The translations under genes were made by a program, and so were the position numbers. This document shows positions 32,902 to 43,784 of a DNA stretch of 64,000 nt, in pieces. The notes beneath the pieces are model-generated. The model had not been told where the DNA came from, ran no database searches, and saw nothing but the letters and a program-made list of their open reading frames with translations. This stretch comes from Naegleria gruberi (lineage: Eukaryota). Where the stretch lies: assembly GCA_000004985.1 (NCBI GenBank), contig GG738855.1. One strand, 5' to 3'. The first letter of the stretch is position 1; each line of letters starts with the position of its first letter.

Positions 32902-35157
32902 TTAGAAAAAGTCGTTTGGATCGTCCCACTTATTATTATTGACACTGGGGTATAGATTACTCTTTGCTTTCTGTTCCTTTTCAAATTGAGTAAATGGATC
33001 TTCATCCAGATTCACATTACTAAATGTACCTGACGTACGACTTGGTTTGTGTAGACTTGTTGGAGTGGTGGAGACTGGTGTTGGTTGAAGAGGAGTACTG
33101 ACACTTTGTCTCTTGGTTGGTAAGCTTGGAGGAGGCTTTTCAGGTCTCTTTGGAAGTGGAATATTTGATTTTGGAACATTTGGTGAGGTTGTTGTGGTTG
33201 GGGTGGTTGGTTGTGTGAAGGTATTAACATTGGATTGTTGTGGTGCATAGGTTGGCAAGGAACGAGATGGAGGTGGAAGGAAACCTTTCTTTTTAGATTC
33301 TTCCTCAAAGGAATTGTATGGTTCTGCTACGAATGATGGAACTTCAGCCTCTTCTCCACCTGAGGAACTATTAAACTTTTGAATTCTTTGTTGTCTGAAT
33401 TGGTCAATTTGATCTCTGACATATGGTCCAATGTAGGTTGGATAGAGACCTATCATTAATTCACAAGTCTTGTTGATAGCTTGACTGTCCTTGGCCATTC
33501 TCATTGGATTGTTATCCATGCTCTTTAAAATATTTACACCAAACACAATCGAAAGGTTAGAAACTGTCATCTTATTTTCACTAGAGTGAGCAGCAACCTT
33601 TCCTAAAAAGACCATCAATTTATCCAACAGAGCAATATGTTCGATTGGTAATTGTTTAACCAACTCCAACATTCCATATCCAATTTGGCTCTCATCTTGT
33701 CTATGAATTAAACTGAGGAAGGAATCATACCTTTCATAGGTCAATAATGGTTCTGGTAATTCTCTCAAGAACATTTTAAGGAGACCAGCAACAACGTGAA
33801 TATCTTTGAATTCCTTATTGGTGATCATTGCTTGCAAGTCGAGATGTTTCTTACCATTGTCGTACATCTTTTTAACATAACTCATACCAACAACTTCACC
33901 AGCCAATCTGAAAATACCTTCCATAGTTAGACCATTCTTTTCAACATAATCAAAGAGATCAATACACATGTTTGGAACAACATCACGATTCAATTCTCTT
34001 TCTCTCTTCATGAGGGCTGTAAGAGCAACACCAAATACTTGTTTGTTTTCCTTTGGCTTTTTTGGCTTTGGTTGTTGATAGACTTGTTGTTGACTGGCCA
34101 CATTGTCCTTATAGTTAGTAATATCATTTACATCATAGTTACGCATGGCAGTTCTTGATTTACCAGTAATTAAATGGCTTGCCAATTCATCCAATGCTTG
34201 GGAACCAGCAATGAAATATGTTCTATAAACTGAAATAAATTGACGAATAGCATTCAAATATTGATAATCTCTCAATTCTTCTTGGTACTGCATTTCCTTC
34301 ATAATATTCTCGTGAACTTGAGCTGCTACCTTTTTCTTTTCTTCAGCATCCTTCTCTGCATTCTTAACCTTGACGAGATCATTTGACTTTTGTTTAAGAG
34401 TATTGTAACGAGTTTCATCGACATTGTGTTCAACAACTGCTTCTCTATAGTATTCCTTGAGATTTTTACAAGTATCACCTTCTTCCATTGATTCATGAAT
34501 TTTACTCAGTAAGATACTGGAAACATCGTTATTCATATTGCTTCTGAGTTCAGCCAAAACTTCCAAACAACATCCCAATTGATCAAACATGTTAAACATT
34601 TTGTTAACTTCAAGATTTGTATAGTAGGTCTTTGGAGGTGCAAATGATTCACCAGAAACATAATCCATTTTCAAGGTGGCTGCATATTCTTTGAATTGAG
34701 TTGCAATACCCAATTCGTCTTCAGAGTGAATTTGAGATGACTTGGTGAACTTTCTCAAAAGTTTATCCATTTCTTTGTAATGACCTTGTGTATCTTTGAA
34801 AACTTGATTGTTACGAACAAAATCGTCTGGATATTCAATTTCTTCTGCCTTTCCGATAGTTTTCATGATTTTATGTTTACCTGTTGAAATTGAAACAATT
34901 TAAATTATAAACACTAAAACATATTACATGAATTACATACCAACAGTTGTTGCCTTCTTCCAAAATGTTCCCATAACATTTGCACCACTATTTGTACTGG
35001 TACTCGATGCTGTGGCACTATTATTTTGTGAAGGATTTGAAGAACGAGGTGATGATGGTGAATCATCATTAAATTCATCAGATCCTGCACTGACATTATT
35101 ATAATTACTACTTCCAGCAGTACCTGTGGTTGGTTTTTTACCAAATATTCCCCTCAT
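32902..35157 (-). CDS. BAR-domain RhoGAP protein. 2 exons, approximately join(34941..35157, 32902..34880).
   Basis: Exon 1 (MRGIFGKKPTTGT...FWKKATTVG) joins through a 60-nt intron to GKHKIMKTIGKAEE.. There is an N-terminal BAR-like helical region. The RhoGAP domain is VFGVALTALMKRERELNRDVVPNMCIDLFDYVEKNGLTMEGIFRLAGEVVGMSYVKKMYDNG...LLKMFLRELPEPLL. The C-terminus is Pro/Thr-rich. Confidence 0.8.
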
Positions 35158-35849
35158 GATGATGTTGTTGATCTATTATTATTATTCTTAGCAAGTTGTT
35201 GATGATGCTTGATTTTAATATTAAAATATTTGTCGTCGTCTGTCTGCAGTAACACACTGATAATACGGTGGTGATGAGATGGTGATTCTAATTGTATTCA
35301 AGACAATAGTGTGATGGTATAATGGAGTGTTCTTCTCTAGTTGTTCGCGCTCTCTGTGTCTTGAGCGTTTTTCTTCTTTGACAAATTTGAGTAAATTTAC
35401 AGTTGTGTATGAGTTTAAAGAAGACCTTTCGATGGTGGTGTTGTTGTACTTTTGTTGGTTCAGATTTTTGAGTTTCAAATTGTGAACAGCAACAAAAAGA
35501 TCGCTAATAGAAAACTGATCAGAGGAAAGAGTTGGAAGACTTTTTTTTGTTGATGAAATTTGGATGATAGTGATTGATGATGGATGGTATGAGGAAAGAA
35601 GATTCATGCTTGTCTGTTCGTTTAGTATTATTACAACTTTTTATTGTTTGATTCGAATCATTGACATGGCAGTGCTGATTCGATATCATTATTTGAAATG
35701 AGATGTGAAAATCAGAGAAAATTCTCATCTCTCTCGAGTTCTAGACAATAAAAAACCTTTACAATGCTCGCAATAACTTGTTGGAATGATGAAGAGATTG
35801 AAAAACTTTCTCAATCTCTCCTTTTGGAAAATTAATTTAGTTAAAAAAA

Positions 35850-37646
35850 ATGATGCAACAATCAAAGAGGCTTGTAAAGAACAAACAATTGGCCAATCAT
35901 CATCTATTTGCTAATGGCTTGATTAATTCATCCACTAATAGTACTATTAGAAAATTTAATAATTGTAAATTTAATCATTCGGAAAAAAAGAAAGAAACAC
36001 CAAGCACATCAGATGATTATCATCCAAGCTGTAGGTATTTGTTATTAATTGCTTTCCGAAAATTTCTTTTTTTCTTCTTCATCGAATATTTTATAGTGAA
36101 TGATTTTGTTGCTTTCTGTAAGAGAAGAGGATTTGCCTATCAAGGATCATCACTCTATGGTGGATTGAGTGGTTCTTTTGATTATGGTACTATTGGAGCT
36201 CAATTGAAGAAAAATTTGAAGGATCTTTGGTGGAAAGACTTTGTTGAACTTAGAAGGGATTGTGTTGGTATTGATACTCCAATTATTTTACATTCTAAAG
36301 TTTGGGAAAAGTCTGGCCACATTGGAAATTTTACTGATCCTATGGTGACATGTTTATCTTGTCACTCTAGATTTGAGTATGTTTTTTATTTATGAATTTA
36401 GTTGATTGAGAATTTGTTAGAGTTGAAAATTTGTTAAAAAGACAACAAAATCCAGAAACAAAGCCAACAATCGACAAGATGGAAACTGCAAAAGAAAAAA
36501 TTGAATGGATGAATCAAAATTCCTCACAAGTTACTTGTCCATGTGAAAAGAAGGCTAACTCTTGGGATAAGATTAGAAACTTTGACATGCTTTTCAAAAC
36601 CATGTATGGACCAATTGAAAAGGAAGAAAATACTGCCTATTTGAGACCAGAAACAGCTCAAGGTATCTTTATCAACTTTAACAATGTTATTACCACCTCC
36701 AGAAAGAGACTTCCACTCGGTGTTGGTCAAATTGGTAAGGCATTCAGAAATGAAATTTCACCAAGAGATTTCATTTTCAGACAACGTGAATTCGAACAAA
36801 TGGAATTGGAATATTTCTGTCATCCAACTCAATCCTCTGACTATTTCAAATATTGGGTCAACTTTTGTCATGAATGGCTTTTAAAGTATGGCCTCAAGAA
36901 GGATAATGTCAGAATTTATACCAAGACTCAAGATTTGGCTCACTACTCTAAGGAAACATCTGATATTGAATACTTATTCCCATTTGGTTGGTCTGAAATT
37001 TGGGGTATTGCCAATAGAACTGATTATGATTTGCAAGCTCACGTTCAACCATCAAGTAAGTCTTAATATTTATAATCAGTTTAATAATATCATCTACTCA
37101 ATTTATTTCCTGCAATTTGATCAATTATTTTCAATCAACTTAACAAATTAAATAGAGAAGGATAAGCACACTTTCGAATATGTTGACCCTCAAACCAATG
37201 AAAAGTATGTTCCTCACGTTGTTGAACCATCAGCAGGTGCAGATAGAGTATTATTTGCCTTCCTCTATGATGCTTACAATGTAGAAGAAGTTCCAGGTGA
37301 AGAAAAGAGAGTTGTCTTAAAGATTCATCCTGACCTCGCTCCATACAAGTTTGCTGTCTTCCCACTCCAAAAGAAGCCAGTAGAATTAATGAGTAAGGCT
37401 GAAGAAATCTACTCTCAACTCGCCTCAGTTGTCTCCACAGATTATGATGTTTCTTCCAGCATTGGAGTATTGTACAGAAGACATGACGAAATTGGTACTC
37501 CTTATTGTATCACTATTGACCATCAAACCTTAAAGGATAACACTGTCACTGTTAGAGACAGAGATACCATGAAGCAAATCAGAATGAATATCAACGATAT
37601 TGTCACCAATCCATTGCACCTCCTCAAGAACAATCCTTTCAATTAA
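35850..37646 (+). CDS. Glycyl-tRNA synthetase, compact alpha2 homodimeric (Thermus/archaeal/eukaryotic) type. 4 exons, approximately join(35850..36030, 36097..36375, 36442..37055, 37156..37646).
   Basis: Near-collinear with Thermus GlyRS: FCKRRGFAYQGSSLYGGLSGSFDYGTIGAQLKKNLKDLWW; YLRPETAQGIFINFNNVITTSRKRLPLGVGQIGKAFRNEISPRDFIFRQREFEQMELEYF; VEPSAGADRVLFAFL; GVLYRRHDEIGTPYCITIDHQTLKDNTVTVRDRDTMKQIR. Introns are 66, 66 (or 45) and 100 nt. The N-terminus carries a roughly 60-aa basic, Ser/Asn-rich extension. Confidence 0.85.
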
Positions 37647-37709
37647 TTGTTCCTCTATTGGTATCATTATGATTGGAATCAATTTGATTAAATTTTAATA
37701 AATTAAAAA

Positions 37710-39863
37710 ATGTTTAAAAGGACAAAATTTAATATTCTCTCATCACCATGTTCCTCTTCTGTGATGAAGAAACAATTATTGATATTGCTCCGAACAAGTA
37801 TTCCTTCTTATTGTTATCACCATTCGTCCTTTCCAACATCAACAACCTTCGGATCATCTAAAAATACTCTGGCCAATTTCAAATATTCATCGTGCAAAAT
37901 CAATCCTGAACATGGGCAACTTTTTCAAAAACATCATCAACACCAACAACAATACCATCATCAAACAAGCAAATTTAATTCCAAAATTAAATCGTCATCA
38001 CCCCAAGAAAAAATGAACAACAATCATAATTCAACCATCACCAGTACCAACAAGGAAGAACAAGTGTTGGAGGACATACCAATGGGAAGTTCTTTGGTTC
38101 CACATTCAAGCCACAATTTTTGGAAATTAGAAAGTATTCATAATCCGGTGTATCATGTTCATGAAGATCACGAAGATCACTTGTATACAGAAGAAAAACA
38201 TATTTATTTAAAAGAACACAGATTTCATAAAGCTTCCCATGATAAGTATAAACATGCTTTGGAGAAATTACCTGATGGACCACTCACAAAAGAAAATCAA
38301 CCTAAAATTCATATAACACAAGAGGAGGAAAAGATTTTCTCATTCTTATTGGAAGTAAATAATCATTTCAAGCTGGGAACTACTTTAAGAGTTGCTGGAG
38401 GTTGGGTAAGAAACAAATTATTGGGATTGGATGGTGATGATGTGGATATTGCAATTGATAACATGATGGGAGCTGACTTTGCTAATTATGTTTCACAATA
38501 TGAAAAACTCAAGGGCTTACCTTCCAAGGCTATTGGTATCATCAGTGCCAATCCAGAACAAAGTAAACACTTGGAGACAGCCACTACTCATATTTTTGGT
38601 CAATCCATCGACTTTGTAAATTTAAGAAGTGAAGAATATGCTGAAGAATCAAGAATTCCATCAAATATCAAACTTGGAACTCCACTTCAAGATGCTAATA
38701 GAAGAGACTTGACTATCAATGCTCTCTTTTATAATTTGAATGAACAAATTATTGAAGATTTTACTGGAAAGGGTATGCATGATATGAAACATAGAATTGT
38801 TAGAACTCCACTCCCACCAGTCCAAACATTTTTGGATGATCCATTGAGAGTTTTGAGATCTATCAGATTTGCTTGTTTCTTTGATTTTTTAATTGCTGAT
38901 GAAATAATGGATGCTGCTCATAACCATGATGTTGATGTTGCACTTGCTGAAAAAGTCAGTAGAGAACGAGTGGGTACAGAACTTTTGAAAATACTCAAGG
39001 GACACGATCCAGTTGGTGCCTTTGCCTTGATTGGAGAAATGAAAATCAGGCACATTGTCTTTACCTATTCTACTGGAGACAAGAAGAAGAAGGACCTATT
39101 CCCTCGCGAATATATTAATCCAATTCCAATTGAGTGGAAGGACCAATTACAATGGGAAAATTCTCTCTATAGAATGCGTGTCATGATTAAGCTTGCAAAG
39201 AAGTATAATCTCTCTTTAGATGAAAGAGTAGAATTATTGCTTGCTGGTTTTCTTTCTCCAATTACAAGTCATGATATGTCGAGAGAGCAAATTGAAGAAA
39301 TTTGTTACAACTTGATTGTTTCATCTCTGAGATTACCTTTGAAATTGGCAGGAAATGTATCAACAATAATTTACGGAGCTCATTACATTAAGGGTAAAGT
39401 ATTGGTTTGTGAGGAAAACAAGGCCAGTTTGGATGAACAATTCTTTGCTAATATCATCTCAGAGGATCGGGTATTAGTTGGTAGATGGCTGAAAAATACT
39501 GTCAAACACTTGTATGATAAGTCTTTAATGTTATGTAACGTAATCAACACTCAAGGAACTGAATTTACTGAAAAGAGATGTTTCAGAGCTGTCAAGTTCT
39601 TAAAAGCTCTCAACGAACAACATGTCAAGTTAATAGAATTGAGTCAATCATCATCCCCACTTAAAGGCAATGAAATTTCAACTGCTCTTGATGTTCCTCC
39701 TGGACCAATCATTGCTGAAGTTGGAGAAGATTTGAGTACTTTCATTTTCCAAAATTATCCTCAAATTGTGGATAGAGAACAAGCTTTCGAATGGCTTGCT
39801 GAAAATGCTCAAACTTATAAATCAAAAGCAGAACTCAATCCAAAGAAGAAGCAAAAGAAATAA
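37710..39863 (+). CDS. tRNA nucleotidyltransferase / poly(A) polymerase family protein (CCA-adding-enzyme-like) with long N- and C-terminal extensions, 717 aa.
   Basis: Pol-beta-like head-domain motifs LRVAGGWVRNKLLGLDGDDVDIAIDN (GGxVRD...DxDxA) and RRDLTINALFYN (class II CCA/PAP signature). About 200 aa precede the head domain, with a His-rich stretch HNPVYHVHEDHEDHLYTEEKHIYLKEHRFHKASHDKYKH. Confidence 0.7.
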   Translation: MFKRTKFNILSSPCSSSVMKKQLLILLRTSIPSYCYHHSSFPTSTTFGSSKNTLANFKYSSCKINPEHGQLFQKHHQHQQQYHHQTSKFNSKIKSSSPQEKMNNNHNSTITSTNKEEQVLEDIPMGSSLVPHSSHNFWKLESIHNPVYHVHEDHEDHLYTEEKHIYLKEHRFHKASHDKYKHALEKLPDGPLTKENQPKIHITQEEEKIFSFLLEVNNHFKLGTTLRVAGGWVRNKLLGLDGDDVDIAIDNMMGADFANYVSQYEKLKGLPSKAIGIISANPEQSKHLETATTHIFGQSIDFVNLRSEEYAEESRIPSNIKLGTPLQDANRRDLTINALFYNLNEQIIEDFTGKGMHDMKHRIVRTPLPPVQTFLDDPLRVLRSIRFACFFDFLIADEIMDAAHNHDVDVALAEKVSRERVGTELLKILKGHDPVGAFALIGEMKIRHIVFTYSTGDKKKKDLFPREYINPIPIEWKDQLQWENSLYRMRVMIKLAKKYNLSLDERVELLLAGFLSPITSHDMSREQIEEICYNLIVSSLRLPLKLAGNVSTIIYGAHYIKGKVLVCEENKASLDEQFFANIISEDRVLVGRWLKNTVKHLYDKSLMLCNVINTQGTEFTEKRCFRAVKFLKALNEQHVKLIELSQSSSPLKGNEISTALDVPPGPIIAEVGEDLSTFIFQNYPQIVDREQAFEWLAENAQTYKSKAELNPKKKQKK

Positions 39864-39868
39864 ATTTA

Positions 39869-41767
39869 TTACACTTTGCCTACTTCAATCTTCAACATGT
39901 CTCTAAATGTTGTGTAAATGGTTTGTTTACCCAAATTCTTGAGAACGAAATATTCCAAAGCCACCATTACCAAAGCAAAAGCAGCTAGAATTACAACGTT
40001 AACCAAGAAGAGGAGTCTAGTAAGATAAATGAAGAGACACACTCCCAAGAAACCAATTGGAGGAGCAAAGATAGCAAGGGCTTGATAGAGAGGGAAGAAT
40101 CGAATAATCTTCTTGGTGAGCTCGGAAGTATCAGTCATACTAAGTTGAGTTTGATCAAAATTGGATACAATGGATTGTCTGGTTTGTTCCTTTACAAATT
40201 GACGGTAGAAGGAGAGAGAAACACAACTGAGCATAATAATTGTGGAGAAGAGAGAAATCCATTGGGTATGTGGATCATAGAAATCATTAGAGACAAATTT
40301 GATGAAGAAAAGAGTAGAAGCAAGAGCAATAATAGCAACACTTGCAATTGGCCAAACTCTTAAAATGGCTGTCTTTTTCAAACCTTCATAAAGGGAAATT
40401 GGTCTCTTTTGGGTCTTCTTATTCTTCATGGTAGACCAAGCTCTCTTCAGTTTAAAGTGAATGGTATTAGTGAGACATGAATTTTCAGGAAGAACTTTAG
40501 AAAGGAGCATTGGGAAGAGAGTATTGCTGCATGTAATACCAAAAACGAGAACAAATACTTCAGCAATGAATAATCCAACAAGGGCTGCAGGGAGAACAGA
40601 AAATTGAGGAAGTTGGAGAGCATATTCATACCAGTAATAGCTGGCATCAAGAATTGGAATGTTGAGGAATTTCCAAGGTTTGATTGGCAAGTTGTAGTGA
40701 ATAATTCTGAATTGTTTCTTGAGTCTTTGAATATAAGCATACTTGAAGAAGTAGTACATTGGAACTTCAGTATTCCAAGTGTATGGTATTCTCCAAATAT
40801 TCTTTGTTTCTCTGTATTTGGTGAGAATGTTTTGTTTTTCTTGTTCGGAAGCAGCTTCATCTAATTCTCTTTCAAGTTCCCATCCCTTAGATTTACGATG
40901 GAAATCAAAATACAAATTAATAAATCCTTGTTCACCTCCATCGTAACTCTTGTAGGCAGGACTACCCATCTTATCCATCATATCATCATAGGTTTTAGTA
41001 CTTGGTTCCAAGACCATGATACCTCCATTGAAAAATTCACTATTTAAGTATTTCCAATATTATTGTTATTAATTCCATGTTATTGTTTTTGAGAAAGTAG
41101 AGAATACTTACGTGTTACCCATATCACTTCCAGAACAAACAGGTCCAACACAATTAAAGAGAAGATCAACATTCTTGAATATTATACAATCAGAATCCAC
41201 AAAAACAAGTCTCTTGTATCCGAATTGATCCAATTTCCAAATGTGAAGTTTGTTGTAGGTATCAATAAATCTTGGTTCTGGGATTTTGGCATTAGGATTA
41301 TCAATATAGCTAGCAATAAATATGTGAACACGTTTGATGAGTGGATCACTTCTATAAGTTTCAATATTTCGAATAATATCTGCAATACGTTTACCAGTCA
41401 CTACTAGAACGAGATCATATTTGCCTCCTCTTGCAATGATACTTTTATACATGGCAAGGGCTCCTGAAAGATAGCCCTCCGAGCTAACCAATGTAGCATA
41501 GGCGTACTCACTATTATTTGGATTAACTTTACTCTGCACGTTATATTCAGCTTCAAAGCTGGCTTGCTTTGCATCTTTTTCGGTCGATTTTGCTGTTACA
41601 CTGAAAATTGCCGAAGATACAATGCAAACTACAAGGAGAGTAAGAAGTACGGCAGTGATAACCAAAGAAGTCGACTTCTTTGATGTTTTACTTCTCACCA
41701 TATTAAAATTGGATGATTGTGAATGGAAGGATTTCAGCATCTTCAAACTACAAAAAAACTGATTCAA
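39869..41767 (-). CDS. Glycosyltransferase family 8 (glycogenin/PGSIP-like) protein with an N-terminal signal anchor and a C-terminal multi-TM domain. 2 exons, approximately join(41112..41767, 39869..41031).
   Basis: Exon 1 has a TM anchor (SLVITAVLLTLLVVCIVSSAIF), then the GT8 fold with the DxD motif RLVFVDSDCIIFKNVDLLF. An 80-nt intron (GTAAGT..AAATAG) gives ..GSDMGNT|EFFNGGIMVLEPSTKTYDDMMDKM..QGFINLYF, the glycogenin FNSGVMV-like motif. The C-terminal roughly 250 aa contain at least 5 hydrophobic helices. Confidence 0.75.
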
Positions 41768-42099
41768 TAAATAGGAGGATCAGTTATATAAAGGAAGGTG
41801 AATAAATAAATTCGGAAAGGTTGTAGCTAGTGTGCTGCTGTTGTTGCGTATTTCAACTATGAAAATGAGAACGCGTTGGTAATTTGTGGAGTTTTTTTTT
41901 GAGTGAGTGCTCAAGGTCATCCAACGGATACCAGTTTATGAACAGTTTTGAGTGACGTTCGTGGGTGTTGGAAAAAAAAAGGATGGCGGGAATAGAGAAA
42001 ACCTTTAATTTCCTTAATTATTCTAATTGGATGAGCAGAGAAACTTGTGGTATTATCTAGTTATCTAATGACATTTCAAAATCCTTTCTATTCAAACAA

Positions 42100-43593
42100 T
42101 TATCGTTTTATTGGCTCTGTTAAAAAACTACCATTGTTAAAACTTCTATTGGATAATGATGGTTTTGGATCGAGTGTTGTAAAACTCCTAGAAAGCAGAG
42201 AGGTATTGGTGCCAATTGATTGTTGATTATTGGAGAGTAATAGATTCTTATATTTTTCCATCCACATCTCCTTTTCTTTTCTTTCCCTCTTCAGATTCTC
42301 TTCCAATTCAAATATTTTCAATTTTAGTTGGTCTAAATCATTCGATATGCTAGTATTAAGATTGATTGTTTTGGTAAGAGAACTTAGATTTGTTGGATTG
42401 GTAAGATCTGGTAAGAGTTGTGAGGCTCCTCTAGTTGTTGATGGTTTTGAATCGTCTAGGAGAGAGAATTCACCAAACAAACTTTTGTCATTGGTGCCAC
42501 CAACTCTTGTTAGAGATTCCATTGTATTGACAGGAGTAAGTAAGCTGGCAGTTAATGACTTGGATTTGTTAACAAGTGGAGAGAAAGCAACAGAATTGGC
42601 AGGATTAGAAATGAAACTCTTTTGCTTCATGGATTTTCTGGCGCTTCTTGGTTCTGATCCAGTATAGGATACGTCAAGCAGTATGGATGGTTCATTGTTG
42701 GCAAAACTGGTGTTAGTTTTTGATTCCTCAATCTTTGGTGCCATACTTGTTGGTATTTGGGTGTCGTTTTCTCTTTGGTTGTTGATGGAATTTGATATCT
42801 GTTCTTGTTGAACTAATGTAGGATCTTCTAAAGAGTCTGTAATTTTTACAATATTATCCAGCATGTGTTTATCTTCCTCAAAAAGTGTTCTATCTTCAAC
42901 AATTAAGATTGATGATAAATTCAATTGATTAGTTTCATTGGCTGCTTGATGTTTGCTCGGTATGAATTTAGTTGTAGAAACTTGTGGTGGTCTACTAGTG
43001 TGAATTGGTTGTACATTTCTCGTATCTGGTTTGTAAATGTTGCCTCTATTATTATTGGTGAGTGTTTTCTTTGGAGGAGGATGAATAGAAGGTTGTTGCT
43101 CTGTGGTTGATTTTCTCTTTCTTGATTCTGGAAGTACTCTTCTGGGTGACAATTCAGAAAAGAGCAATTTATGGGTGGTTGGTTTGGTAGAATTACCAGG
43201 AGCATTACTTGTTGATGGATTATTTTGAGTTCTCCTCAATCGTTGATGACTAGAGAATGGAGATGTAATTTGGGCTGATGTTATTGGAGCTTGTTGGGGA
43301 ACTTTTGATGTGCTAATAGAGGTTGGTGTTGTAGATGATGTAGTAGTGGATACTTTTTTCTTTAATCTCCACAATTCTAATTCTTTCCGTCTGGCCATTT
43401 GTTTATCAAGGTCAGAAGATGTAACACTCTTCTTGTTAGCTTTAGTTTGTTGTTGATCGTCAAGAAGAGGTGAGTCGGAGAGTGCTTGAATATTATCATA
43501 TGAAGGTGGAGAGATTTGTCTGAACATTCTGAGTGGTGTTACTACTCGGTCAGATAATTCTCCACTGCTGTTATTACTCTTGTTAAAACTCAT
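42100..43593 (-). CDS. Hypothetical Ser/Thr/Asn-rich protein with a C-terminal coiled coil, 497 aa.
   Basis: Long ORF with S/T/P/N low complexity, ending in LDQLKLKIFELEENLKRERKEKEMWMEKYKNLL. I recognise no catalytic domain. Confidence 0.45.
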   Translation of the reverse strand: MSFNKSNNSSGELSDRVVTPLRMFRQISPPSYDNIQALSDSPLLDDQQQTKANKKSVTSSDLDKQMARRKELELWRLKKKVSTTTSSTTPTSISTSKVPQQAPITSAQITSPFSSHQRLRRTQNNPSTSNAPGNSTKPTTHKLLFSELSPRRVLPESRKRKSTTEQQPSIHPPPKKTLTNNNRGNIYKPDTRNVQPIHTSRPPQVSTTKFIPSKHQAANETNQLNLSSILIVEDRTLFEEDKHMLDNIVKITDSLEDPTLVQQEQISNSINNQRENDTQIPTSMAPKIEESKTNTSFANNEPSILLDVSYTGSEPRSARKSMKQKSFISNPANSVAFSPLVNKSKSLTASLLTPVNTMESLTRVGGTNDKSLFGEFSLLDDSKPSTTRGASQLLPDLTNPTNLSSLTKTINLNTSISNDLDQLKLKIFELEENLKRERKEKEMWMEKYKNLLLSNNQQSIGTNTSLLSRSFTTLDPKPSLSNRSFNNGSFLTEPIKR

Positions 43594-43784
43594 GACAATG
43601 TGTGATGCTGATGATGGAGGAAATGATTGCTCCTCCTTTGTTTTATTTTTTTTGTGTTGAAAATTTGAACGGTTTTTGGCGGGAATATTTTATGTTATTT
43701 TTGTAAATTTATTGTTAATTTTAATTGTTAATGTGCCATGTTAATATTTATGAAAACATTTTATTATTATGATGAACAAGTTTT

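Noticed and set aside
35221-35728. Minus-strand ORFs 35221..35607 and 35519..35728.
   Set aside because: They sit in the roughly 690-bp divergent promoter interval between the RhoGAP ATG (35157) and the GlyRS ATG (35850). They are low-complexity, with no ATG-initiated conserved sequence.
41770-42100. GC-richer intergenic patch with a T9 run (..GTTGGTAATTTGTGGAGTTTTTTTTTGAGTGAGTGCTCAAGG..), considered as a possible small Pol III RNA.
   Set aside because: I could not recognise a tRNA cloverleaf, snRNA box or 5S-like core. It is more likely the shared promoter and UTR region of the divergent GT8 and S/T-rich genes.
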